The translations under genes were made by a program, and so were the position numbers. A stretch of DNA of 63,573 nt, filler included, from Aduncisulcus paluster (taxonomy: Eukaryota): assembly GCA_024181965.1 (NCBI GenBank). It is 8 parts of 8 records of this genome, joined end to end, with 100 filler letters (N's around TTAATTAATTAA, not from the genome) between each part and the next. Parts side by side here need not be neighbours in the genome. Positions count along the whole stretch, not along the records: positions 49,583 to 59,581 come from BQXS01011210.1; positions 59,682 to 63,573 come from BQXS01011213.1; 6 more parts are not named here. One strand, given 5' to 3'. The notes beneath the pieces are model-generated. The model had not been told where the DNA came from, ran no database searches, and worked only from the letters and a program-made list of their open reading frames with translations. Within the stretch, counting starts at the first letter, position 1; the number at the start of each line of letters is the position of its first letter. Positions 49,583 to 62,052 of this stretch are shown here, one piece after another.

Positions 49583-51229
49583 CTTTCAAACTGCTGTCCT
49601 TGCTCTCTTCTTCTTCTTCTTTCACCGTTTTCCGGCATTCTACACAAGATTCGAAGAATTCTTTCTCATCTTCTTCGTTAGAGATAAAAATACTCTCAAG
49701 AAAAGAGAAGAATGAGACCGGAAATAATTCTTTTGGTGGAGGACTTGGAAGAGAAAACATCCTTTTTTTTGCTTGGGGAATTGAACGATCTTTATCGGCA
49801 TCTCTTTGGTACATTCCAAACAATCCAAGCAAGATTCCACACGACTTATCTCCTGACTGAGGTTTCTTTGTCAAGACTGCGGCAGTGGAGGAGCTTGGGG
49901 AGGAAGGGAGTGACTGGAAGGATGGAACAGAGGGGACCAGGGTTGCACCGCTGGGGATTTGTTCAATTTGCTTCTCCTTTTTTAACTCAATTGCCAGTTT
50001 TTCCTGTTGGGAATGCCATGATTCTCTATAATAACGACATACAAACATCCCAACAGCGCTGACTATACAAGGCGAAGGAAATAGCAACGGGGCCTCATTT
50101 GAGGTTAGAATTGGGAAAATATTGAGGGAATCGAACATGATTCGATGCACAACATACTCAGGAAGGAGGATTTGAGATTCATGGTAATCTGTATCATGAT
50201 GGGATATTTGAAGGGAAATTGGAGAAGAGGGCTGTTTCTGAGCCATTCTTTTCCGATGAAGTTCAACACGTCGAAAATATAGAATTAAATCACGCATTTC
50301 GGTATCAGAAAAACCATTATCTTTGCGTTGTTGAAGAATTGAATTGATACAAGAAGGTAGGTTAGGATCATCATCCTTGAGGGTCCAAAATGCATTTGAT
50401 ATTGTTTTACGCTTCGTTAAGTCCAACCCAAGTTTCAATAGGGCCCATGTTTCACCCTTAGAGAAAGCTGTGACAAACCGTTTGATATATCGTCCTAATA
50501 CCAGAGATAAGGACATTATTTCTTGAGAAATCAACCTTAATCCTGTGTCAGAAACACAGGCAATGACATCAAGCTCACATGAAATGACTTCTTCCCGAAA
50601 ATCACGAAGGAGGTGAAGATGCTTTTTCTCCTCGATTCTACCCTTATGTAATATTCGACTAACTTTGTCTGAAAGATTAAAATACCCAATAATTTTTTTA
50701 CCGTGTTTGGGCTGGATGTATGTTGCAGTATGGATCGAATCAAAAAATTGTTTATAAAAATGACTATCAAAAACATCATTTCGTTTTCTGGGTTCAAGTT
50801 GCCAATAAACGTGTTTTAAACATGCCATAATGTGGGCACCAAACGGATGAGTGGCGCTAGTCGCTCCAGGAAGAGAATATAGTTTCCAAATCATCATCAT
50901 TGTATTATATACAATATCTACACGATTTGCAGCTCTAAAATTTCAGAATATAACAAGAGATAAAAAATCAAATAAAGAGATACGAATTGATTGTAAAAAA
51001 AATGGAAATCAAATGAATAATGACAAGAATAAGATTTAAGATTAGATGGAACATACATTAATACATCATTAAATATCGTTTCATATATAATAAAGGCGGT
51101 CATCCTCATCTTTTTCTTTATATCATTCAGGAGAGAAGTACTTGTTTTAGATTCGGCAGAAGAGATGATTTCTCCACTCAATAATAGTTCTTTTAGATCA
51201 TATAATTGTGAGTCGATAAAATGGCTCAT
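49583..51229 (-). CDS. Hypothetical protein, two exons (intron 50935-51056), 3'-truncated
   Basis: A 122-nt phase-2 GTATGT...TTTTAG intron joins ORF 50918-51334 to ORF 49527-50900 in frame (...FNDVL-I-AANRVDIVYNTMMMIW...). The start could be 51229 or 51334. Confidence 0.7.
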
Positions 51230-51492
51230 GCCGCTGACTTCCAAGAGAAAAAAAGAGCTGATTTTAATTTTGCCGGTGCATTTCCGGCTACAGCCGAAAT
51301 GATGTCTGATGATATTCAATACATGAGTTTCCATTTTGTAGCAGATTTTTTACTTTATGTGTTGATACAGATGAAAAGACTATCCATTGTTGGTGTGTAT
51401 TTGTAAAAAAATGATTCATGAGCCAGACTCATTGAGCCTCATGATTTACTGAGTAAAAACTGTAAATAAGTCGCCATACATTGAACTATTCA

Positions 51493-54400
51493 TTATTTCC
51501 TTTTAAGTCGTTTGATTGTCTTTAGTTGTCGACTGAGTCTCCAATCCTCTTGATTCTTTAACCTCGGGTTGTACATACTTGTGAGTTTTTCAGATCTAGC
51601 TCTCACAGTATCTTCACCTTCCTCACATATTCGAGCGTATCTTGGAGCCATTTCCTCCACCCAATCAGCCCTTATAACACTCACATTCCTCATGTATTCC
51701 CTTGAAGTCACCACGAGCTCATGATAAACAACGAAATGAGGTGAAGCATCGGCAAGAGAGGACGAAGGGTGGATATAAACAATATTTCCTTCGTTCAGAG
51801 TTTTATATCCTTCCCCAGGTTCCTTCACAGCGATGTGAGTAAAGAAACCTCCGAGAATGCACTTCAAAAGCTTTCTACGTTCAGGAATCGATAACATGCA
51901 CTGGCCCCTTGACCATGAGGATTTGATAGTCAGTGTATCAGCAGGTTCATATTCTTCATATTTATAATTTTCTTTCCTCCCTTTCTCTAGGTCGACCTGG
52001 AGATATACAGGCGCTTTATAAATCTCGAAACGATCAAGGATTTCAAGGAGTTGTAGTCTAATTTTATGGGCCTCATAGAGGGCTTGATGGTTTACAAAAA
52101 CATCTTGGCACCAAGCAGCATTTTTACCCTGTTCCAACCATCCTTCGAATACAACTAACATCGTGAGCATATCGCCTTCATCCTGCTTGAAAGGAGCATG
52201 GCGTGTATCGGCAACTTCTGCTCTTCCCCTTGGCCGCAGGAATATGGGCTTCGTGAGAGATAACAGAGACACAACGGTAACAGCATGTTCCACACAATCC
52301 AATGCACTGGCACAGAGCAGCATACGAGACAGATGTGGAGCCAAAGGAAGGTGGGACATGATGCGTCCGGCATGAGTCAATATCCCATCTTCATCAATGG
52401 CTCCAAGATGGAAGAGAGACAACAAGGAGGATGAGATCGAAATTGTAGATGGGGGTTGAATAAAATCAAAATGATGGACATTTTCAATTCCCATCGATTT
52501 CAACAGAAGGACAACTTCCGCCAGATTACTTCTTTGGATCTCCGGAATGGGGGCCTCCAGCATTTCATGTTTATACGACGAGTATGAATAAAGGCGAAAG
52601 CACTTACCCGGGGCAACTCTCCCAGCTCTTCCTGCTCTTTGGTCTGCTTGGGCTCGTGAAATGGGTCGAATAACAAGAGAATCCATCAAAGTTGCTGGAT
52701 CGAACTCATTGACCTTCACAAATCCAGCGTCTACAACATATCTAACTCCAGGGATTGTAATAGATGTCTCTGCAATGTTTGTACTGATTACAACCTTTCT
52801 TCCGCCAACGGGGGGTGGTGAGAAGATCCTTGATTGGTCGTCAGGAGAAAGATTAGCATAGCAAGGGAGAACAACAATGGGAGGAACGTGTGGGGCTTGG
52901 CCAAGAGACGAGGATAAAGAGTGGACACGGGAAAATATACGTTCACATGCAATATCAATCTCTTCTTTACCTGTCAAAAACACTAATACATCACCTTTGG
53001 GCTGTGTAAGATGTATTTTGCAGACAATATCAATTGTTTTCGATAGATAATCGCCATCTTCAAGGATATACGACGAGAGAGAAGTCGATGGCGAGGTGCC
53101 GATAGAAGAAGAAGAGAGAGATTGTAGGGATGAATCTATCATGGCTTTCCTTTGTGTATCAAGGCTTAATCCACTGAATCCATCAATAGAAGAAAGCTTG
53201 TTGGAACTATTTTTAGCATATATTTTTTCAACTGAGAAAGTTCTCCCTGGGATTGGCAGAATAGGACAACCGCCATAATATGTGCTGAATCTTTTTGCCT
53301 CAAGAGTGGCAGAAGTAACAATTAATTTGAAATCACCTTTTCGATCCTTTACAACCCGTTTTAGAAGAGCAAAAAGAATATCAGTGATGACCGATCTCTC
53401 GTGAGCTTCATCGAGAATAATAACTCTATATTTAGAACACGAAGGGTCTGCCAATATTTCTCTAAGAAACATTCCGTCGGTCATGTATTTAATTCTAGTA
53501 ACACTGGGATCGTATTTATCATCAAATCGAATTGAATATCCCACTTCTTCCCCGAGACGCACCCCTTTCTCTTCTGCAACACGTTTTGCAAGAGACACGG
53601 CAGCAATACGTCTTGGCTGAGTGACACCTATCATCTGTGGGCGAGAGACACTGCTTGAAGGATGATCATATAACCCTCCCGATTCATCATATCGAGCAGG
53701 GCAAGGGGGGATTATAGGAACCATGTCAGTGAATCTCCTCTTTCCTTTGTGATCTTTTTGTATCTTTGAGGGATATTCTATTTTGCGCTCAGAATGAGTA
53801 CACCATCCATCTTCATACAGATATTGTGGCATTTGAGTACTCTTTCCACTTCCGGTTTCACCGACAACAACGATGATATCATTCTTTCGCACTAAATCGA
53901 GGATGGTTTGACGATAATAATACACAGGAAGAGAACGTCGCGTTTGCTCAATCGATTGGCTTGAAGAGGCATCGCTGCCCTGAGAAGTGGCCACAGATAG
54001 ACCAGCGGCCAATTGCCAATCAGAGATATCATCCAAATCACGTCCAACTGTCTGTGCTACAATATATTCATTATCTGACATCATGGGATCTGTCAATAAT
54101 CGCTGAGAATCACGAGAAAGCTTCTCTTCCTCCCGCAACCGAGCGTACTGTTCTTCACGTCTATCACGAGCTATTTCCTTTTGTTTTAATGCAACGTCAT
54201 ACATTGCGCCTCTGGGATATGATGATATCTTTGAATGATGAGCAGCTGAGAACATCTGAGGAGTTCTCATATCAACAAGAAATCGAGGCATCTTATCGTC
54301 ATCATGAACATTCTGAGAAATAACAACGAGTTCCTGAACAACGCTTTCTTTTTCTTCTTCTTCCATCACACTAATAATTTCTGTTGGGTCATTTTGGCGA

Positions 54401-54774
54401 GTTTTTAAACCTAAATCATAATCAGAAGATTGTTTCTGATCGAATGTGTAAAGATGATCATAATAAAGACCATAAAACTCATCTATATTTCCTAATATGG
54501 CTGTTATTTCCTTTTCTTTTGGCTTTGATTTATGTTTATGTTGTAAAATAAAAGGTTTGACCAGAGAGAGTAAAGATGCTGAAAACGGTTTAATTTCATC
54601 ATACATTGACAATTCTTCATATAATTTTTTGAAATCATCTTCATTATCACATTTTATAATTCGTTTTACGAGAAATTCAATCATCACTGATCTATCTCCT
54701 AGAGAAGAAAGACATTGCCTTATTAAATGTTCTAAAACATCAATTCCAAGTTTTGAAATCGATTTTCCGAACAT
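51493..54774 (-). CDS. PRP22: Spliceosomal DEAH-box helicase Prp22/DHX8
   Basis: GETGSGKST, TQPRRIAA, DEAHER, TSAT, STNIAETS, QRAGRAGR, HA2/OB region; the C-terminal EKLTSMYN...WRLS is Prp22-like. Confidence 0.85.
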   Translation of the reverse strand: MFGKSISKLGIDVLEHLIRQCLSSLGDRSVMIEFLVKRIIKCDNEDDFKKLYEELSMYDEIKPFSASLLSLVKPFILQHKHKSKPKEKEITAILGNIDEFYGLYYDHLYTFDQKQSSDYDLGLKTRQNDPTEIISVMEEEEKESVVQELVVISQNVHDDDKMPRFLVDMRTPQMFSAAHHSKISSYPRGAMYDVALKQKEIARDRREEQYARLREEEKLSRDSQRLLTDPMMSDNEYIVAQTVGRDLDDISDWQLAAGLSVATSQGSDASSSQSIEQTRRSLPVYYYRQTILDLVRKNDIIVVVGETGSGKSTQMPQYLYEDGWCTHSERKIEYPSKIQKDHKGKRRFTDMVPIIPPCPARYDESGGLYDHPSSSVSRPQMIGVTQPRRIAAVSLAKRVAEEKGVRLGEEVGYSIRFDDKYDPSVTRIKYMTDGMFLREILADPSCSKYRVIILDEAHERSVITDILFALLKRVVKDRKGDFKLIVTSATLEAKRFSTYYGGCPILPIPGRTFSVEKIYAKNSSNKLSSIDGFSGLSLDTQRKAMIDSSLQSLSSSSIGTSPSTSLSSYILEDGDYLSKTIDIVCKIHLTQPKGDVLVFLTGKEEIDIACERIFSRVHSLSSSLGQAPHVPPIVVLPCYANLSPDDQSRIFSPPPVGGRKVVISTNIAETSITIPGVRYVVDAGFVKVNEFDPATLMDSLVIRPISRAQADQRAGRAGRVAPGKCFRLYSYSSYKHEMLEAPIPEIQRSNLAEVVLLLKSMGIENVHHFDFIQPPSTISISSSLLSLFHLGAIDEDGILTHAGRIMSHLPLAPHLSRMLLCASALDCVEHAVTVVSLLSLTKPIFLRPRGRAEVADTRHAPFKQDEGDMLTMLVVFEGWLEQGKNAAWCQDVFVNHQALYEAHKIRLQLLEILDRFEIYKAPVYLQVDLEKGRKENYKYEEYEPADTLTIKSSWSRGQCMLSIPERRKLLKCILGGFFTHIAVKEPGEGYKTLNEGNIVYIHPSSSLADASPHFVVYHELVVTSREYMRNVSVIRADWVEEMAPRYARICEEGEDTVRARSEKLTSMYNPRLKNQEDWRLSRQLKTIKRLKRK

Positions 54775-55193
54775 AAAATAAGTATTATTAAACCGAACCC
54801 GACAAAATCAATCGATTCTATTTTTCTGCGCAGATTCATTTTTTTTAGATTGTTATTGGGGTTAAATCTCTTATATTTTAGCTATACTTTTATGTTATTG
54901 TTTTCTAATAGCCCTATTTTTTATTTCTGGGCCTCTATGAGACTATCCGTGTCAACTCATGTTATAATGTCTTTATCGGATCGTTTCCGAATAATATGAA
55001 TAACATAATGTCATAGTATAATTTTTTATCATCTGGTTTCTTTATGAAAAGAGAAATCCATGTGAATGTCATGATGTGAACTTTTCATTCGAATGATATT
55101 TCTCCAGGTTTTGATTCAATTGAATATTTATTTGAATATTCAAAATTATTATTTTTTTATTTTTGCTCGATCTCCCATTTGAATTTTCTCCTT

Positions 55194-56138
55194 ATGTCCT
55201 TTGACTCCCGGAAGATCAAAATTGAAGTTCCATGTGTGTTATACAAGCCAGAAATGAGATTTATGATTCATAGTGATATTATTCGATTTTGTTATCGATT
55301 TCATCCGTTGATGCGAGCTGATGTTTCCCCAGATTACGATCCTGTAACCGGACAAAAGCGAATCGATGATGAAAAACATCAAACTGTAGACCATATGAGT
55401 TTTTTAGGAACAGTATTACAAGGTTTTCGTGTTCAATTCGACGATATAGAAGATCATGTTTTTTTCTCCAGTGATACTCATCTCCATTTGATTGAGACAC
55501 CTCAAGCTTCAAAAAAGAATGGTGGAAGAGATATATCACGCCGAGGAGATACTGTGTCTCTTCAACCTGGTATTATGAGAAAGAAAAAATATAAAAAAAC
55601 CTGGATTGATGCCCATCATGCTGCTGGTGATGCTGTCTGTGAATATGTTCGTCATTTGTTCAAGTTTTGTAAAAATATATATATCATAATTGTAACCAAA
55701 ACGTTAGACGAGATGTATTTGGATGATCCCATGGGGGAAAATGCTTTAGAAAAATATCAACAACCAAAGATGAAACTTGGTGATGAAAATCCTATTCTTC
55801 AATATGCCGAAGCCCAAAAAGGGAAAAAATCAAAGAAAAAGGATAAAAAGAAGAGGAAAAAACCTTCCCTTCATGACAAAAAGAAATACAAGTACAGATA
55901 TGAAGGGTATGTATATTTCGATAAATCTGCACTGGAAAAGGCTTTATACAGCGAAGATTTTATGCAAGGATCACTAAATAAGCATTTATTGACTCAAAAG
56001 TTGGCTCGATTACTTGGGGATAAGGAATTTTCACTTCCTTTTTTGCAAATGATTCCCAAAACTGTGGATGGCTTAATCGCTCATTTTAAGGATGAAGAAA
56101 GGATCGAATGTTTATTTTCTGTCATTTCTGAAGGGTAA
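55194..56138 (+). CDS. Hypothetical basic protein, 314 aa
   Basis: Long ORF from ATG 55194 with Lys-rich NLS-like tracts; no family recognised. Confidence 0.7.
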   Translation: MSFDSRKIKIEVPCVLYKPEMRFMIHSDIIRFCYRFHPLMRADVSPDYDPVTGQKRIDDEKHQTVDHMSFLGTVLQGFRVQFDDIEDHVFFSSDTHLHLIETPQASKKNGGRDISRRGDTVSLQPGIMRKKKYKKTWIDAHHAAGDAVCEYVRHLFKFCKNIYIIIVTKTLDEMYLDDPMGENALEKYQQPKMKLGDENPILQYAEAQKGKKSKKKDKKKRKKPSLHDKKKYKYRYEGYVYFDKSALEKALYSEDFMQGSLNKHLLTQKLARLLGDKEFSLPFLQMIPKTVDGLIAHFKDEERIECLFSVISEG

Positions 56139-56433
56139 TAACAACCATGAATCAAATCAAATATTTTAATGAATTTTGAACGAGAGAAATTATTTCGAAA
56201 AAATAGAGAATTCTGCTGGATCTAATCCAAGTAAACAGTTATATATGAATCCTTCTTTTCGAATACCGATGATTTAATTGTACAATATTATGATTCATAA
56301 TTTATGAATTCATAAATTCAATTTATAAAAAAAAACTCAATGGAAAAAAAAAAAAAAATACATTTCAAATTTATGATAGTTTAATAAACTATAGTTTATG
56401 TATCACTGATACTTTCATAAATAAATTAAATAA

Positions 56434-59400
56434 TCACAGTTTCAGATGTCTTTGAGATCCTGCTATTCCCTTATAGAGAATCATGAATCGTCGGTTCTTA
56501 AAAATGAACCACATCGCAATACACGATGGAATTAGCATGCATACCAAAGACATAACAACAAAAACGAGAACCGTTTGGGTGAAACTTTTGCCAATTCCAT
56601 CCAATACATTTGAAGTGGTACCCGTAGAAAACATTTCAGCATGTAAAACAAAATCAGTAAAATTTTTAAACCTGCGGGCTAGAATTTCATCCTTATTGCT
56701 TTCACTAAGAATATACTGATCAGAAAACATAGAATTTGAGAAAGACTGTGATGCGATTGCAAAAGAATCCACAGAAAGGTCTGTTGAATATAATGCTCCT
56801 CCATTAGCAATCAGAGCCATTTGGAAAGGTGTGAGAGCATATTCAGACAGCAGCGATATTGGCAAATCTTTTTGATATTGAAGGCTTCCGAACTTGAAGA
56901 ACACTACTGAAGGATCAAAAACACTCGTATTACCCAGAAGAGTGATTGCCATGGCTNNNNNNNNNNNNNNNNNNNNAATGCTCCTCCATTAGCAATCAGA
57001 GCCATTTGGAAAGGTGTGAGAGCATATTCAGACAGCAGCGATATTGGCAAATCTTTTTGATATTGAAGGCTTCCGAACTTGAAGAACACTACTGAAGGAT
57101 CAAAAACACTCGTATTACCCAGAAGAGTGATTGCCATGGCTTCAAAATCGGTTGATGGAATGGTGAGATTCCGATGCATACTGTGATGGTAGTGAGATGA
57201 TTTGTTTGGGCTTTGATGATATGAAGAAGGATATTCAAATGCAAGAGATCTTGATACCAACTCAAATCCATCAACAGCATAATAGGGGTATGAAGTCGAC
57301 ATATATTGTATCTCGGCAACATCTTGATCTTGGAAAGGAATCGCAATGAACGAAGGGGTGCGAACAAGAACAGATGCGGATGCAATGGCTGTATGGGTAT
57401 CAACAGCAACCTGAGTCATAAGCTCAGTGTGACTTGATTTTCCCTTGACAACGTGACCTGCATGAGCAATCGTGTATGTAACAACCAAAGACAGACAAAA
57501 GATTGCAAAAGGGAAAATATAAGCAATCCTCGCATACTTATTCTTAAGTTTAGAAAAGGAAAGATCAACAGAATTTGTTGTTGAGGTTCTCAATACCAAT
57601 GAATACATTAATGAAATATTAATAATGAAGATAACTCCATAAATAACGGTAACATTATACATATTGAACATCTCTCTCAGCATATATATGGGAATCATTA
57701 CATCTTCTGCTTTTGCATTCATATCCTTTGCAATGTATCGGAAAGATTTCGAAAAATGGTTCATGAAATGATCATATCCACTCTGATTAACACAACTTTC
57801 GAGACGATCGTAGGTTTGAGCAGGAAGATACTTCTCGAAATCGACATCAACGGGGAAATAATTGGAGTTTTCATCGATCATTCCATTATTTAACAGCCTG
57901 GTACGCATTATTTCAGCATCAGCCCGAGCATCAGCAAGTTCAAGGGAAGAATTTTCAGGAAGATAGCGATAAGTATCAACCTCCCAAGTGAATAGGGGAG
58001 AATCCCATTCAAGAGTATTGTATATCCTTGGAAGTGTTTGTACCCTCGTTGGAAAGATGACATCATGAATAGATGCTGCAATAGAGGAACACGCTTCATT
58101 TCTAAACANNNNNNNNNNNNNNNNNNNNGCAGGAAGATACTTCTCGAAATCGACATCAACGGGGAAATAATTGGAGTTTTCATCGATCATTCCATTATTT
58201 AACAGCCTGGTACGCATTATTTCAGCATCAGCCCGAGCATCAGCAAGTTCAAGGGAAGAATTTTCAGGAAGATAGCGATAAGTATCAACCTCCCAAGTGA
58301 ATAGGGGAGAATCCCATTCAAGAGTATTGTATATCCTTGGAAGTGTTTGTACCCTCGTTGGAAAGATGACATCATGAATAGATGCTGCAATAGAGGAACA
58401 CGCTTCATTTCTAAACATTCCTTCAAACAAATAAGCGATCAATCTCATATTTTCGACACCACGGGCTGATAATTGATTGACCATCAGGTTCTCTACCTCC
58501 ATACTTATGACATTTGGTTCAACATTCATTTCTGTGAGAGCATCAAGCAAATTTGTGGCATCAATTCCAGCCGATAAACATTCTTCATAGTCGAAACCAA
58601 ACAACACGACGCACAAAGTCTCCTTGAAATTGGTTGAATACGACATTCCATAATTCTCCTCATCCTTAACAATATTATATATCCGAAGGATTTCTTGACC
58701 CATTTCAGGAGACGTGAGAGACAGTATTCCAGACATAGGAACCATTTCTTCGAAGAACGAGTGTGCATTGGTGAGATAGTCTTCTTGTAATATTCCCATG
58801 ATAGGAGTTTGAATAATCGTTGGGAAAACAAGATCATCAATATTTGTAAATACCTCTTGAATATCAAGAACCTTATCACGAGTTTGATAAAGGGCAAAAA
58901 ATTTCGTCATATAACTTACCAACAACCACAGGGTAAAAGCAATGACGAAATAATCTACTATTTTCAAAGAAACTGAAATGATTTTGAATAACATGGAGGA
59001 TAAAGAAGTCATCATGGAATGATGCTTCTTTCGAACGATATCTATATACTTCAGAACCTTATTTTCATATATCCTACATCCAATAATGCCAATTACAAAC
59101 AAAATGAATAAGAAAATATGAATCGCAGAAGCACTTCTTAGTGTAACAAAGTAATCATCAGGATCTTCACGGGCACCAAAAACCATAGTTCTCCGGCCAA
59201 TATCCCACTCTTTAACTCGAACAAATGCCTCAAGCTTACTTTCACCATTTCTTGAAGGAGAAATATCAACAGGAAGGAAAGAATACAGTTTATGACCCAT
59301 CTGAGTTGTTATTCTCGATAAATCCATTCGGTATTGTTCTACTGAATCGAGAAAAACAGGGTTCTGAAAGAATTTTTCAAGATTTCTCTTTTTTAAGGCT

Positions 59401-59581
59401 GGATTGAGGATAGCATCTAACATAGGACATGTATATGCAAATTGAGGATTCGATGAGTAAAACTCCTCCAACAATTCATTGATTTCCCAAGTTGTCGGTT
59501 TGATCTCATCAGAAGAAGTACAATACCTCCTAAGGGAAGCAGGTAGATCAGGATGAATGTAAGAGAAATCATAATTCGTCA
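56434..59581 (-). CDS. Hypothetical multi-pass membrane protein, 5'-truncated
   Basis: ORFs 56904-59474 and 56434-56952 merge after removing overlaps (56792-56956 = 56977-57141; 57820-58108 = 58129-58417). About five TM segments are separated by large loops. Confidence 0.75.
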
Positions 59582-60282
59582 NNNNNNNNNNNNNNNNNNN
59601 NNNNNNNNNNNNNNNNNNNNNNNNNTTAATTAATTAANNNNNNNNNNNNNNNNNNNNNNNNNNNNNNNNNNNNNNNNNNNNTCGGGAGTTGGAGTTGGAG
59701 TTGGAGTTGGTGTGAAAGGAGGAAATATCATGTTCCATGAAGCATTAAGGGATTAGATTCGTAGCAGTATACAGACATATGTATACCATCATATTCCGAG
59801 TTCTTGATATTTTTGATTGTAAGCAAAAGCAAGTGAAAATGAACAGAAAGGCAAGGATAAGGATAGAAATGAAATGGAAATATATCCATGTTATTGAATA
59901 GCATTGAAATCGTTCATAAATGTTCTTAACACGTGAAATAGAACTATATCCAGTTCTGAGGGTTCTCCAAAAGCCTGAGATATCGAGAATAAACACCATG
60001 GCATGGAAATGAAAATAAAACATGTTTTTATCATTTGTCAGCATTTAACTCGTTTATATGTATTTTTTTTTTAATTTTCCAATCTTATCTATTGAAGGGT
60101 TGCTTGTTCAGTCTGTTGGTGGCTGAGCGCCGATGTCCATTTTTTCTTGGCAAACAAGCAAATTGTATGTTTACTATATGTTGCGTCTTTTATTAGATGT
60201 ATATTAAGAAATATTTTAATTGGATTCATTCATTATTCTGCTTGGTTTTATTTTTTAGATAAGATATTCCATCTCTATTCAA

Positions 60283-62052
60283 ATGAGTTCATCCACAGAT
60301 GCTGTTATTCAAACTGTGAAACCTGAGTTTGTTCATGAAGGAGAATGGGATTGCTGTCCAATCCCTAGAGATGCCCCCAATATTAAGAGTGCAGAGTTTT
60401 CAACTATGAAAGGAATAGATGAAACCAAGGTAATAGATGAGACCAAGAAAAAACGTGCTAAAAGGTACTATCAGAGTTCTAATGCACAAAAGATGATGAA
60501 AGGAGGGGGTAATGATGGACACTTTACCCATATCTCCATTCCTTTCTCCTCTCCATCTTCCCCAATGAAAGGGGCTTATATCTGTCTACATGGTCTTGGT
60601 AATTCTTGGATTCCACCTCCCTCACACCTTATCTTCACTCTCACATCTTCAAAGGGTGAGAAAACAGCCAAGAAATACGAATTTCCTGAATTTAAAGGAT
60701 ATCGTTGGTATTTCCTTCCTGTTGATCTCCCTGATGTTGTTCTATGTGAGATTACAGGGAAAGGAAGAGAGGAAGACTATTTTTGTATCGAATCCCTTGT
60801 TTTCATTAGTAGAGAAGAAACTCCTGAAGAAATCACATCTCGTGAAGCCAGAGAGAAACTATGGTCTGAAGCTCAACTTGTGGAACCAGAGTTTGTTCAG
60901 GGAGAAGGTGAAATATCTACTCTCATTCCACATGATGATCCAAAGCTTGTTGATCCTTCATTCTCAATAGTTAAGTGCAAGAATGATGCGTATGGTAAGG
61001 AATCTGTGGATTATGATGATAGTTCAAGAGCACAAAGAATGTTAAAAGGGGAATGCGGTGATGTTAGCTTATCCCATATTTCCATCCCTTTCCCATCATT
61101 ACCTAGTCCCATGAAAGGTGCTTATATCTGTCTGAGTCTGTATGGCACTTCACCATCTCTTCTCTTCACTTTCACTGATTGTGATGGTAAGAAGACAGGC
61201 AAGAAGTATGAATTCACAGAACCTGAGGAATATGATTATGAATGGCACTTCCTTCCTATTGATTTGGATAATGTTGTATTGTGTGAGATTGAAGGGAAAG
61301 GAAGGTGGGATAAGAAGAATAGTCGAGATTTTTACATCGAATCCCTTGTTTTCATTAGAGAAGAAACTCCTGAAGAAATCAAATCTCGTGAAGCCAGAGA
61401 GAAACTATGGTCTAAAGCTCCTGTTGTGAAACCAGAGTTTGTTTCGATAGGATATTATAGCTGTGGTATTCTTCACAGAGAAAGAAATAGAGATTCTATT
61501 CCCATTCCGCGTCATGATACAAAGCTTGTTGATCCATCATTTCCAATGGTTAAGTGCAAGAATGCTGCTTATAGAAATGGATCTGAGGGGTATGATGAGA
61601 GTTCAAATGCACAAAAAATGTTAAAAGGAGAATGTGGTGTCGATTTTTCCCATCTTTCTATTCCTTTCCCATCACCTAGTCCAATGAAAGGTGCTTATAT
61701 ATGTGTGAATAAGGATGATAGTTCTCCCTCTCTTCTCTTCACTTTCACTGATTGTGATGGTAAGAAAACATTCAAGAAATATGAATTTACAGAATCTGAA
61801 TATGAATTTGAATGGTACTTCCTTCCTATTGATTTGATGAATGTTGTATTGTGTGAGATTGAAGGGAAAGGGCAGTGGTGTGATAGGGATGCTATATATT
61901 TTACGATTGAGTCCCTTATTTTTACTACCTTTCCAGAAGAAATCACTGTTGAACGATTATCTCTACTTCCATGGAAACTTGGAAGTTCTAACTTAGTGTT
62001 TGGCAAACAGTCTAAAATTGGGAAAAGAAGGATACTATCAAAGAGGAAATGA
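60283..62052 (+). CDS. Lineage-specific protein built from three tandem ~185-aa beta-rich domains
   Basis: The unit VxPEFV...AQxMxKG...HxSIPF...PMKGAYIC...FT...KKYEF...WxFLPxDL...VVLCEIxGKG...IESL occurs three times; the linker EETPEEI recurs at 60814 and 61360. Confidence 0.85.
   Translation: MSSSTDAVIQTVKPEFVHEGEWDCCPIPRDAPNIKSAEFSTMKGIDETKVIDETKKKRAKRYYQSSNAQKMMKGGGNDGHFTHISIPFSSPSSPMKGAYICLHGLGNSWIPPPSHLIFTLTSSKGEKTAKKYEFPEFKGYRWYFLPVDLPDVVLCEITGKGREEDYFCIESLVFISREETPEEITSREAREKLWSEAQLVEPEFVQGEGEISTLIPHDDPKLVDPSFSIVKCKNDAYGKESVDYDDSSRAQRMLKGECGDVSLSHISIPFPSLPSPMKGAYICLSLYGTSPSLLFTFTDCDGKKTGKKYEFTEPEEYDYEWHFLPIDLDNVVLCEIEGKGRWDKKNSRDFYIESLVFIREETPEEIKSREAREKLWSKAPVVKPEFVSIGYYSCGILHRERNRDSIPIPRHDTKLVDPSFPMVKCKNAAYRNGSEGYDESSNAQKMLKGECGVDFSHLSIPFPSPSPMKGAYICVNKDDSSPSLLFTFTDCDGKKTFKKYEFTESEYEFEWYFLPIDLMNVVLCEIEGKGQWCDRDAIYFTIESLIFTTFPEEITVERLSLLPWKLGSSNLVFGKQSKIGKRRILSKRK

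Noticed and set aside
59682..60044. ORF 59745-60044 and (GGAGTT)4 at the contig start as a gene or telomere
   Set aside because: The ORF looks like AT-rich noise, and four hexamer copies are too few to support a telomere call.
1714..61429. Numerous short ORFs nested in or antisense to the long genes
   Set aside because: They are shadow frames of real CDSs with no independent motifs.
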